The notes beneath the pieces are model-generated. The model was not told the DNA's origin. It saw only the letters and a list, made by a program, of their open reading frames with translations, and did not search any database. Positions 20,073 to 29,344 of a stretch of 64,000 bases of DNA are shown piece after piece (the first letter of the stretch is position 1; every line of letters starts with the position of its first letter). The DNA comes from Fumia sp. (GTDB lineage Bacteria > Bacillota > Clostridia > Oscillospirales > Ruminococcaceae), in assembly GCA_045645505.1 (NCBI GenBank), contig JAZRIW010000024.1:6189-70188 (forward strand). The letters are read 5' to 3'. Made by a program: the position numbers and the translations under genes.

Positions 20073-20617
20073 TTTCTTCTCCCTTTCTTTATTTCATAAG
20101 TCCTGCAAGTAAGAAATCCTTTGTCAGCAGGAATATAAATTTCCTTTTTATTTTTAAGAGACATCCCTGATTTTTTTAACACCATCAGAGAAGCTTTATT
20201 CTCCTCAGAAGAAACCGCTATAATACTTTTACAACTTGTACTGTCAAAAAGAAAATCAATAACAGCTTTTAAACTTTCGGTAGCGTAGCCTTTACCCCAA
20301 AATTTTTCACCCAGACAATATCCTGTCTCAAAACTTTTTTTGAAAGGAATTTTTTCTGCATCAATAGTGCCTATAAGTTCATTGTTTTCCTTTAAGACAA
20401 TAGCCCATTGATAAAAATCTTTTTCATCATACCGACTACACCAGCTTAAAATTAAATCTTCACTTTCTGACAAACTTTTATGATAAGACCAGGCTAAGTA
20501 TTTTGTAACCTTAAGACTGCCGGCCCAGTTTAAAAACATAGCCTGACTATCAGAAATAGTAAATCTTCTCAATATAAGTCTTTTGGTTTCAATTAAAACA
20601 GTTCCAACATTTTTCAT
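20069..20617 (-). CDS. GNAT N-acetyltransferase (RimJ/RimL type)
   Basis: IETKRLILRRF, GYCLG..FWGKGYATE, ENKAS..VL.KSG. Confidence 0.88.
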   Translation of the reverse strand: MKNVGTVLIETKRLILRRFTISDSQAMFLNWAGSLKVTKYLAWSYHKSLSESEDLILSWCSRYDEKDFYQWAIVLKENNELIGTIDAEKIPFKKSFETGYCLGEKFWGKGYATESLKAVIDFLFDSTSCKSIIAVSSEENKASLMVLKKSGMSLKNKKEIYIPADKGFLTCRTYEIKKGRRK

Positions 20618-20707
20618 ATAGATTTTCCCTATTGCCATTTTAATAAAATAGTTATATACTGTCATTATAACATTATTTTTTTAAAAAAGCTATAGAGGGG
20701 AAAAGGA

Positions 20708-21514
20708 ATGCTAATAGATTGCCACAATCATTCAAACAACAGCTTTGATGCTACAGGAGCGGTAAAAGATATCTGTGCCCGTGCAGATGAACTTAATATG
20801 TTAGCCTTCGCAGTAACAGACCATTGCGAATTTTACGTAGAAACCTTATCAAAATGTATTGAAAGAATATCAGCTTCCAAAAAAGAGGTGGAGGCTTTCA
20901 GGGAAAATTATAAAGGAAACTGCCAATTTCTTACAGGATTTGAAATTGGTCAGGGAGTGGATTTTCTGGAAGATACCAAAAAAGTAATCGAACTTTTTCC
21001 TTGCGATGTTGTACTCAGTTCATATCACAACAATTCTTTCGGAGACGATTTCGGGCATATGAATTTTGATCATTATACTGACGAAGAAATTAAAAGTTTT
21101 ATTGACTTTTATTTTGATAAGACTTATGAATCTGCAAAAATCCTTGATATGGATGTATTAACACATCTTACTTATCCTTTGAGATATGTCGTAGGAGACT
21201 ACAAAAGAAAAGTGGATATTAACATTTTCATAAAAAAAATAGAACTCATTTTCAAAGTTATAATTGAAAATGGTATTTCCTTAGAGATCAATACAAGTGG
21301 ACTAAGGCAAAAGATCGGTGAAACTCTTCCTAACAAAGATCTTTTATTACTTTACAAAAGTTTAGGAGGAGAGCTTGTATCTTTAGGTTCAGATTCCCAC
21401 CACGTAGAAGATGTCGGTAAAGGCATCAAGGAGGGAATAGAGTTACTTAAAGAAACAGGATTTACTCATATTACTTATTTCAAACAAAGAAATCCCATAA
21501 AAGTTGAAATATAA
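20708..21514 (+). CDS. PHP-domain histidinol-phosphatase (HisJ family)
   Basis: DCHNHS, TDH, LEINTSG, GSDSH. Confidence 0.8.
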   Translation: MLIDCHNHSNNSFDATGAVKDICARADELNMLAFAVTDHCEFYVETLSKCIERISASKKEVEAFRENYKGNCQFLTGFEIGQGVDFLEDTKKVIELFPCDVVLSSYHNNSFGDDFGHMNFDHYTDEEIKSFIDFYFDKTYESAKILDMDVLTHLTYPLRYVVGDYKRKVDINIFIKKIELIFKVIIENGISLEINTSGLRQKIGETLPNKDLLLLYKSLGGELVSLGSDSHHVEDVGKGIKEGIELLKETGFTHITYFKQRNPIKVEI

Positions 21515-21545
21515 AAAAACCGCCGTTTTTAAAACGGCGGTTTTT
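21513..21545. terminator. Bidirectional terminator
   Basis: AAAAACCGCCGTT..AACGGCGGTTTTT between convergent genes. Confidence 0.85.
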
Positions 21546-21546
21546 A

Positions 21547-23034
21547 TTATTTGTGATAAAGCTTTTTAGTTTGATATTGTGCTTCACAGGTAAGATTTAT
21601 ACCAAGTTTTTTATAAACAGAAACATCTATCTGAGATAAAAGCACAGAAGAATGTGCTTCACACCCCTTTAACTTTTCAAGTTGTTTCATAGCTATTTCC
21701 GCAAGAGGATTTGTAGCAGCTGCAATAGCAAGTGCCAAAAGGGTTTCATCCATGTGTAAACGCGGATTATGATTACCCAAATGATTTATCTTCAGATCCT
21801 GTATAGGCTCAATAATTGTGGGAGATATAAGATGCACTTCATCACTTATATTACCTAAAGTTTTAAGTGCATTTAAAAGTGCCGCTGAAGACGCACCAAG
21901 CAAAGATGATGTTTTGCCTGTTACAACAGTACCATCGGGAAGTTCAATTGCTGCTGCAGGATTGCCGGTTTTCTCAGCTACTGATTTTGCTTCATCCACA
22001 ACCAAACGCATAGAGGCATCAATTCCTGCCTGATTCATCAAGAGTTCAACCTTTGTAACAGTTTCTTCAGTAACCCTGCTCTGTCGTTTATCGCAAAGAG
22101 CTTGATAATAGCGTCTTACAATTTCTTGCTTAGACGCATTGCTCACTATTTCATCATCGATGATGCAGTTACCTGCCATATTAACCCCCATATCAGTCGG
22201 AGATTTATATGGACTTTCACCGCCTGTTATTTTTTCAAAAATCGCATTTAAAACAGGGAACACTTCCACATCGCGATTGTAATTAACAGTAGTTTCACCA
22301 TATGCCTCAAGATGGAAAGGGTCTATCATATTAACATCATTAAGATCGGCTGTTGCCGCTTCATATGCTAAATTAACAGGGTGTTTAAGCGGTAAATTCC
22401 AAATCGGGAAAGTTTCAAATTTTGCATAACCCGCTGTTATTCCCCTCTTATGCTCATGATAAAGCTGAGAGAGGCAAGTGGCCATTTTGCCACTTCCAGG
22501 TCCCGGAGCCGTCAGAATAACAAGAGGTCTTTCGGTTTCAATATATTCATTTTTACCAAAGCCTTCATCACTTACTATAAGAGGAATATTAGCAGGATAT
22601 CCGGCAATAGAATAATGAAGATACACTTTAATACCTAAATTTTCAAGTTTTTTTCTGAAACTTTCAGCAGAAGTTTGTCCTGAATATTGAGTGATAACTA
22701 TACTGCCAACATAAAGCCCGATTTCCCTGAACGCATCAATAAGTCTTAAAACATCGACATCGTAGGTAATTCCCAAATCTCCACGAACTTTATTTTTTTC
22801 AATATCAGAAGCGTTAATAACAATGATGATTTCTGCGTCATCTTTTAATTGCGCGAGCATTTTAATTTTACTATCCGGTGCAAATCCGGGAAGCACTCTG
22901 GATGCATGAAAATCATCAAAAAGCTTTCCGCCAAACTCTAAATATAACTTATTGCCAAATTTTGCAATTCGGTTCATAATATGCTCGGATTGCAGTTTTA
23001 AATATTTTTCGTTGTCAAATCCAACCCTGTTCAT
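21547..23034 (-). CDS. DUF1846 / UPF0371 family protein
   Basis: KLYLEFGGKLFDD.HASRVLPGF, TAPGPGSGKMATCLSQ, YAKFETFP. Confidence 0.88.
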   Translation of the reverse strand: MNRVGFDNEKYLKLQSEHIMNRIAKFGNKLYLEFGGKLFDDFHASRVLPGFAPDSKIKMLAQLKDDAEIIIVINASDIEKNKVRGDLGITYDVDVLRLIDAFREIGLYVGSIVITQYSGQTSAESFRKKLENLGIKVYLHYSIAGYPANIPLIVSDEGFGKNEYIETERPLVILTAPGPGSGKMATCLSQLYHEHKRGITAGYAKFETFPIWNLPLKHPVNLAYEAATADLNDVNMIDPFHLEAYGETTVNYNRDVEVFPVLNAIFEKITGGESPYKSPTDMGVNMAGNCIIDDEIVSNASKQEIVRRYYQALCDKRQSRVTEETVTKVELLMNQAGIDASMRLVVDEAKSVAEKTGNPAAAIELPDGTVVTGKTSSLLGASSAALLNALKTLGNISDEVHLISPTIIEPIQDLKINHLGNHNPRLHMDETLLALAIAAATNPLAEIAMKQLEKLKGCEAHSSVLLSQIDVSVYKKLGINLTCEAQYQTKKLYHK

Positions 23035-23123
23035 CTGATTTTCCCCTTAATATAATATTCACAACTATATTATTATACTAAATTACAACAAATTTTACAA
23101 TACATCAAATAAATTTTTTAAAA

Positions 23124-23333
23124 TTAATTCTGTATTTTCTTTAATGGTCTTTTAGTTCCATCAGGTTCAACTATCACAGTATTATCAAGGGTTTGTCTTA
23201 AACTTTGTCTGTACGCTTTTATATACTTTTCACGAAGCTTTTGTTGTTCTTCTTTTTCTTTTTCGGTAAGACCTTCTGTTTTTGATTTTTTTGCAAGTTC
23301 GTTTATTCTTTTTATCATTTCATCATTTATCAT
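23124..23333 (-). CDS. DUF896 / UPF0291 (YnzC-like) protein
   Basis: RINELAKK.K.EGLT..EK.EQ..LR..YI. Confidence 0.9.
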   Translation of the reverse strand: MINDEMIKRINELAKKSKTEGLTEKEKEEQQKLREKYIKAYRQSLRQTLDNTVIVEPDGTKRPLKKIQN

Positions 23334-23405
23334 TCAAATCCCCCCACAAAAATATTTTACCACACTATCACATAAAAATAAAGCCTTCTTTCGAAGGCTT
23401 TATTT

Positions 23406-24677
23406 TTATGCTATTGTAAAGGTCATATAATCAGAATAAGTTTTTCCGTTATTATCAGTATATTTTATAAAAGCCTGATAATTACCCTTTGTTTTATATA
23501 CTTTTGCAGGTAAAGTTTCTTTATAAAGAACATATCCTGAAGCTCCATTCATATTGGTATATTTTTTACCATTTGATACAAAAGCATCCCATGAACTATT
23601 TGAAAGAACAGAATTGCCGATATAAGAAACACCTATACGATAACTCTGAGCGTCATTTACATCAAGTTCAAAAGTATTCGTTGTATTATTGAATTTAAGT
23701 ACAGGCTTTTCAAAATCCGATTTAATTTCAAAATTTATATAATCTACGTTTGTTTTGGATTTATCATCAGTATATTTGATAAATGCAACATAATTACCGG
23801 GAGTTTTAAATACTTTAGCAGGACAAGTATCATTATATAAAACATATCCGGTGCCACCGTTTAAGTTAGTATATCTTTTACCATTTTTAACAAAGGTATC
23901 CCAATCAGGATTTTCAGTATCAAAAGCATAATCTCCGTGGTAAGAAACACCAAGTTTGTACTTAGTTAAAGTTCCGCTGTCAAGTTTAAGTGTGCTTGTT
24001 TCACTGTCAAACTCAAGTACAGGTTTTTCATAATCATAATCAACGGTGAATGTAATATAATCTACAACAGCCTTCTTTCCGTCGCCTATATATTTAACAA
24101 AAGCTGCATAATTACCCTTGGTTTTAAAGGTTTTGGTCGGGCAAGTATAATTAAGCACATAACCATCTTTACCATTTATGTCCGAATATTCCTTGCCCTT
24201 CTCGATAAAAACATCCCAATCAGGATTTTCAGCATCAAAAACAAAATCGCCATGATAAGCAACGCCTATTTTAAGCTCATACGTACCCGGATTCATTTTC
24301 ATTGGATCCAAAGTGCTGTATTCAAACTTAAGAGTATTAGTATCAGTATCAAAAGTAAATCCATCCTTTGCTTCAGTTACAGTGAATGTAAAATACTCAG
24401 TAACTGTGCTGCCGGGAGTATCATTATATTTTAAAAACGCTACATAATTTCCGTTTTTATAAAAAGTTTTGCTTTCAAAACCTTTATATGTAACATATCC
24501 GCGTGAGCTGTTTGTATAAGTATAGTTTTTACCTTTTACTATCAAATCATTAAAGTCGTCAGTTCCGATTTCAAAAGTCAAATCGCCTATATAAGCAAGT
24601 CCAAACTGAATACCTCCGGCTGCTTTTCTGCCTATTGACAAAACATTATTTTCAAATGAGAATTCATAAGGTGTTTT
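23406..24677 (-). repeat. Four intragenic protein repeats (approx aa 155-577)
   Basis: Each unit has G(V/L)xYxG, (W)xxFxxxGKxY, NGxxGYV, KxFKTxGNYxAFxKY, DYxxF. Confidence 0.8.
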
Positions 24678-25139
24678 TTCAGTAAAGACAATTTCTGCAG
24701 AACTAAGAACATCATTTCTTTCTTCTTTTGTGATTGAATACCATTCTTCGGGAGTACCATTATAGATTATTTTTTCAAGTGGTACACCATTAAAAGCTCC
24801 ACTTTTAATATACTCAACAGTAGAAGGAATAACTACTTCTTTAAGTGATGTGCATCTGTAAAATGAGCTTTCTGAAATTCCATCAATTCCCTCTGAAATA
24901 ACGCATTTCTTAATATAATCCGCCCAATCAAAATGTCCACAATTCGAGCATACACTACATCCGTTGCCATTCATTGTAAGTACGCCGCTATCGTCAAGAG
25001 TCCATGTTACAACAGGTGTAGGAGCCCATCCATAAGGCATACACCTTCCGGAAGCTACAATGGCTGCCGACACACTGACAGAGCTAAAAGCAACTACTAT
25101 CATAATAAAAGAAACCAATAAACCCATAAATCTTTTCAT
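23406..25139 (-). CDS. Secreted protein with short BspA-type LRR region and four tandem ~105-aa repeats
   Basis: Signal peptide; WTLDDSGVLT cap; F..CTSLKEV.IP.TV..I...AF; repeats visible by eye. Confidence 0.8.
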   Translation of the reverse strand: MKRFMGLLVSFIMIVVAFSSVSVSAAIVASGRCMPYGWAPTPVVTWTLDDSGVLTMNGNGCSVCSNCGHFDWADYIKKCVISEGIDGISESSFYRCTSLKEVVIPSTVEYIKSGAFNGVPLEKIIYNGTPEEWYSITKEERNDVLSSAEIVFTEKTPYEFSFENNVLSIGRKAAGGIQFGLAYIGDLTFEIGTDDFNDLIVKGKNYTYTNSSRGYVTYKGFESKTFYKNGNYVAFLKYNDTPGSTVTEYFTFTVTEAKDGFTFDTDTNTLKFEYSTLDPMKMNPGTYELKIGVAYHGDFVFDAENPDWDVFIEKGKEYSDINGKDGYVLNYTCPTKTFKTKGNYAAFVKYIGDGKKAVVDYITFTVDYDYEKPVLEFDSETSTLKLDSGTLTKYKLGVSYHGDYAFDTENPDWDTFVKNGKRYTNLNGGTGYVLYNDTCPAKVFKTPGNYVAFIKYTDDKSKTNVDYINFEIKSDFEKPVLKFNNTTNTFELDVNDAQSYRIGVSYIGNSVLSNSSWDAFVSNGKKYTNMNGASGYVLYKETLPAKVYKTKGNYQAFIKYTDNNGKTYSDYMTFTIA

Positions 25140-25249
25140 GATAAAACCTCCATTTCATATAAACAACATACCATTGTCATACTAACATATGTAATTATCG
25201 TTGTCAAGAAAAAAGAGCCCGATAAATCGGGCTCTCAGTTTTAGAAAAA

Positions 25250-26359
25250 TTAGTCGAGAATAACTCTCTCAGTTTCTTTATCGAACAAGTGAATCTTGTT
25301 AACATCAATTGCAAGCTTAATAGCATCGCCTGCTTTAGCTGTTGATCTGGGAGATACACGAGCGATAAAATTCTTACCTGCACATGTAACATAAAGGAAT
25401 GTCTCTGCACCCATAAGCTCAGTAACATCAACATCACAATCAATGATACCTGTAGTAGCAGCAGAAATGAACATCTCTTCATCCTTAATGTCTTCAGGAC
25501 GGATACCCATAACAAGTTCTTTTCCAATATACTCTTTAAGTTCGGGAGTAACTTTTCCTTCAGGAATATTAATTACATTATTCTCAAATGCAACAGCCAA
25601 TTTACCATCGTTATCAACCATAGTAACATCAACGAAGTTCATCTGAGGAGAACCAATGAATCCTGCAACGAATATATTAACAGGTTTGTTATACAAGTTC
25701 TGAGGAGTATCAACCTGCTGAATAAAGCCATCTTTCATAACAACGATTCTTGTACCCATTGTCATAGCTTCAGTCTGGTCATGTGTTACATAAATAAATG
25801 TAGTACCAAGACGGATATGGAGTTTAGCAAGCTCTGTTCTCATCTGAGCACGGAGTTTTGCGTCCAAGTTGGAAAGAGGTTCGTCCAAAAGGAAAACTTT
25901 AGGTTCACGAACAATAGCACGACCTAAAGCAACACGCTGACGCTGACCACCGGACAAAGCCTTGGGCTTACGATCCAAAAGGTGAGCAATGTCAAGAATA
26001 CGAGCAGCTTCATCAACACGACGTTTGATTTCATCTTTGGGGGTTTTGCGAAGTTTCAAACCAAAAGCCATATTATCAAAAACTGTCATATGAGGATACA
26101 AAGCATAGTTCTGGAAAACCATTGCAATATCACGGTCTTTAGGTGCAATATCATTAACGAGTCTGTCGCCAATGTAAAGTTCACCCTCTGAAATTTCTTC
26201 CAAACCTGCAATCATTCTCAAAGTAGTGGATTTACCACAACCGGAAGGACCTACCAAAATAATAAATTCTTTGTCTTCGATATCAAGATTGAAATCGGAA
26301 ACAGCAGTTACACCACCGGCATATCTCTTATAAATACCTTTTAAAGTTACACCTGCCAT
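25250..26359 (-). CDS. msmX: Multiple-sugar ABC transporter ATP-binding protein (MsmX/MsmK/UgpC family)
   Basis: [34 protein letters not shown]-terminus; no adjacent permeases. Confidence 0.85.
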   Translation of the reverse strand: MAGVTLKGIYKRYAGGVTAVSDFNLDIEDKEFIILVGPSGCGKSTTLRMIAGLEEISEGELYIGDRLVNDIAPKDRDIAMVFQNYALYPHMTVFDNMAFGLKLRKTPKDEIKRRVDEAARILDIAHLLDRKPKALSGGQRQRVALGRAIVREPKVFLLDEPLSNLDAKLRAQMRTELAKLHIRLGTTFIYVTHDQTEAMTMGTRIVVMKDGFIQQVDTPQNLYNKPVNIFVAGFIGSPQMNFVDVTMVDNDGKLAVAFENNVINIPEGKVTPELKEYIGKELVMGIRPEDIKDEEMFISAATTGIIDCDVDVTELMGAETFLYVTCAGKNFIARVSPRSTAKAGDAIKLAIDVNKIHLFDKETERVILD

Positions 26360-26406
26360 AAAATTACCTCCTATTTTAATGCTGAGCATTATACTTCATG
26401 TTTATT

Positions 26407-26483
26407 AATATACCATTTTTTTTCAAAAATAGATATTTCTTTATTACACAAAGTTTTTGAAAAAAATTATGCAACTTGCACAA
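26407..26483 (-). promoter_or_regulatory. msmX promoter: extended -10 plus two TTGTG(C/T)A sites 32 bp apart
   Basis: TGG-TATATT with -10 starting at 26412; sites start at 26483 (TTGTGCAAGTTGCATAA) and 26451 (TTGTGTAATAAAG). Confidence 0.5.
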
Positions 26484-26576
26484 TAAAAAATAAAAAAGTA
26501 TATTATCTAAAGAAATCAGCATAAAAACAGGAGAAAAAATATGATATTTTAAAAAATTACTGTTTTCTCACTTAAT

Positions 26577-26993
26577 TTAGTCTAATTTATCGAAAAATTG
26601 CGGTGCGGAAAGTGAAGAAATATCACAACCAATAATTTTTTTATTATAAATCAGTAGATTTGCACGAATATCGGAAAAATCATCCCCATAATTCGTTATA
26701 ATATAACAAATTTTTTGGACTTTTTTGCCCTTGTACTTTTTTAAATTAAAGTTTTGCTCACGTTGAACAGCATTATATCGCTCATAAGTTTCATTAAAAA
26801 TTGTCGGTATAATAATTTCTTCCGTTTTGCAGGGTGTTTTTATTACCTCCAAGCCATGGCTTTCAAGAAAACTTATCCTGTCTTCATTTGTTTTTGCAAC
26901 AACTTCAGCAGTTATAAAATTTCCTTTTATAAAGAAAATCATTCCTGAAATTAAAATAAAAATTAAAAAATAAAGTATGGTTCGTTTTAACAT
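26577..26993 (-). CDS. DUF4830-like membrane-anchored protein
   Basis: N-terminal TM; NEDRISFL..HG, IP..F...YE.YN..Q..Q.F.L..YKGK, IIG.DI. Confidence 0.7.
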   Translation of the reverse strand: MLKRTILYFLIFILISGMIFFIKGNFITAEVVAKTNEDRISFLESHGLEVIKTPCKTEEIIIPTIFNETYERYNAVQREQNFNLKKYKGKKVQKICYIITNYGDDFSDIRANLLIYNKKIIGCDISSLSAPQFFDKLD

Positions 26994-27059
26994 TTTAAGC
27001 CTCCTATAAATTCAATCTGATTTATAGTTATGCTTAATTTAAACGAACCATACCGTAAT

Positions 27060-29120
27060 TTATTCTTCTTTTAATTTGGATTTAGCAATAACATCTGCCT
27101 CTAAATTAGATGGCAACGGATCATAACGTTCAAACTCAAAGGTAAAGCTTCCGCTTCCCTGTGTCATCTGACGTACCAAAGTTGCAAAATCCTGCATCTC
27201 ACTCATGGGAGCTTCTGCTACTACTTCTGTCATTCCATCTTCAGCAGCATTCATACCAAGCACACGTCCACGACGTTTATTAAGCTCACCCATCATATCT
27301 CCTGTGCCATTATCGGGAACAAAAACGCTCAATTTTCCGATAGGTTCAAGAATAATCGGAGAGGCTTCAGGTAAACCTGCCTTATACGCAAGAGAAGCAG
27401 CCATCTTAAAGGACATTTCGGAGGAATCTACAGGATGATAAGAACCATCAACCAGTGTAGCTTTAAGTCCTACTACTGGATAGCCTGCGAGTGTACCATT
27501 TTTAACGCAATCGCGCAAACCTTTTTCAACAGCCGGGAAGAAGTTACGGGGAACAGCACCACCGAATACTTTTTCTTCAAATATCATTTCTTCGCTATCA
27601 CAAGGTTCAAACTCAATCCACACATCACCATACTGGCCATGGCCTCCCGATTGCTTTTTATGTTTACCCTGAACCTTAACTTTTTTGCGAATTGTTTCAC
27701 GATAAGCAACGGTTGGAGGCTCAAGCAAAACATCAACGCCAAATTTATTTTTAAGTTTTGTAACTGTAACATCAAGATGTTGCTCACCGAGACCACTCAA
27801 TATCTGCTCATGAGTTTCATTATTAACAACAAATGAAAGTGTTAAGTCTTCTTCCAAAAGACGGCTTATTCCCTGGGAAATCTTACTTTCATCGCCTTTG
27901 CCGACAGGCTTGATTGCCATAGAATAACAAGGGTTTGGAAATTCTGCTTTATTGAGAATAACTTGCTTTTTGGGTGAACAAAGAGTATCACCTGTATTTG
28001 CATTAAGTTTACTGATAGCGCAAATATCACCGGCTTTAACTGACTTAATTTCTTCTTGTTTTTTACCGCGGATAAATAAAATCTTACCGATTTTTTCGGG
28101 TTGACCGGTAGTCATATTAATAAGCTCAGTATCAGAAGTAAGTACACCGGAAATAACCTTTACATATGAAAGTTTTCCTACAAACGGGTCTGCAATGGTC
28201 TTAAATACATAAGCAATCGGGTTTGCCTCTTCATTACAAGGAACACCGATAATATCCTCACCGAAAATTCCCTCTTCTCCTGCTTTTTCACCTGCAGACG
28301 GGAACATCTCAACCATGCTTTCCATAAAGAGGTCAATACCTTCCATAGTAAATGATGAACCACAGAAGACAGGAGTAATTGTTCCGTCAAATACTCCCTT
28401 GTGAATACCCTGAAGCATTTCCCAATGGGTATAAGGCTCACCTGAAAAATACTTATCAAACAAAGCTTCATCAGTTTCGGCAACAGCTTCACTGATAGCA
28501 TTTACAAGTCCATCAATACGATGAGCTGTATCAGGCATAGGAACTTCAGTACGAGTGCCGTTTTCATATTTATATGCTTTCATCATAACCAAGTCAATAT
28601 AGCATTGTACTTTTGAATCCTCAACATAAGGAACAACCAACGGACAAATTGAGGGGCCGAAATTAGTTTTAAGTTCTTCCAAAACCTTATAGAAATCTGC
28701 GTGATCCTGCTCCATTTTTGTAACAAAAATTATGCGGGATTTTCCCATTTTTTCAGCCATTTTATAAGCTTTTTTAGCACCTACGGTCACGCCTGATTTT
28801 CCGGAAACCGCAATCAAAGCACTTCCTGCAGCACGAATACCTTCAACCATACCCAATGCAAAATCAAAAAGGCCGGGAGTATCAAGTAAATTAATTTTTG
28901 TATTTTGGAATTCAAAAGGTGCAACAGAAAGATTCAAAGAGGTTTTTCTCTTAATTTCTTCTGCATCATAATCGGAAATTGTATTTCCGTCGGCAACCTT
29001 TCCTAATCTGTCTGAACAACCTGCCTTATAAAGCAATGCTTCAACAAGGCTGGTTTTACCACTACCACCGTGGCCAACGACTGCAACATTTTTAATGTTG
29101 TTAGCGCCATAATCTTTCAT
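27060..29120 (-). CDS. Elongation factor G paralogue (EF-G II / FusA2 type)
   Basis: GHGGSGKT, DTPG, HKKQSGGHGQYG, GSYHPVDSSEMSF; outside the str operon; divergent G motifs. Confidence 0.9.
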   Translation of the reverse strand: MKDYGANNIKNVAVVGHGGSGKTSLVEALLYKAGCSDRLGKVADGNTISDYDAEEIKRKTSLNLSVAPFEFQNTKINLLDTPGLFDFALGMVEGIRAAGSALIAVSGKSGVTVGAKKAYKMAEKMGKSRIIFVTKMEQDHADFYKVLEELKTNFGPSICPLVVPYVEDSKVQCYIDLVMMKAYKYENGTRTEVPMPDTAHRIDGLVNAISEAVAETDEALFDKYFSGEPYTHWEMLQGIHKGVFDGTITPVFCGSSFTMEGIDLFMESMVEMFPSAGEKAGEEGIFGEDIIGVPCNEEANPIAYVFKTIADPFVGKLSYVKVISGVLTSDTELINMTTGQPEKIGKILFIRGKKQEEIKSVKAGDICAISKLNANTGDTLCSPKKQVILNKAEFPNPCYSMAIKPVGKGDESKISQGISRLLEEDLTLSFVVNNETHEQILSGLGEQHLDVTVTKLKNKFGVDVLLEPPTVAYRETIRKKVKVQGKHKKQSGGHGQYGDVWIEFEPCDSEEMIFEEKVFGGAVPRNFFPAVEKGLRDCVKNGTLAGYPVVGLKATLVDGSYHPVDSSEMSFKMAASLAYKAGLPEASPIILEPIGKLSVFVPDNGTGDMMGELNKRRGRVLGMNAAEDGMTEVVAEAPMSEMQDFATLVRQMTQGSGSFTFEFERYDPLPSNLEADVIAKSKLKEE

Positions 29121-29344
29121 AACTTTTCACTCCTTATTTAATAAGATTTCGCTTTATAAAAATATATTTATAAAGCGACATCAAACTCCAAGATTATACA
29201 ATTTATATAAAAAGGATTGTTCGAATGAAATTATTATAGCACATTTTACCATAATACACAATACAAGAAACAGAAAAACCGAGATTTTTTTTACTCCAAA
29301 GTGTAAAAATTTTCTCGGTTTTTCTGTTCAAAATGACCAATAAA

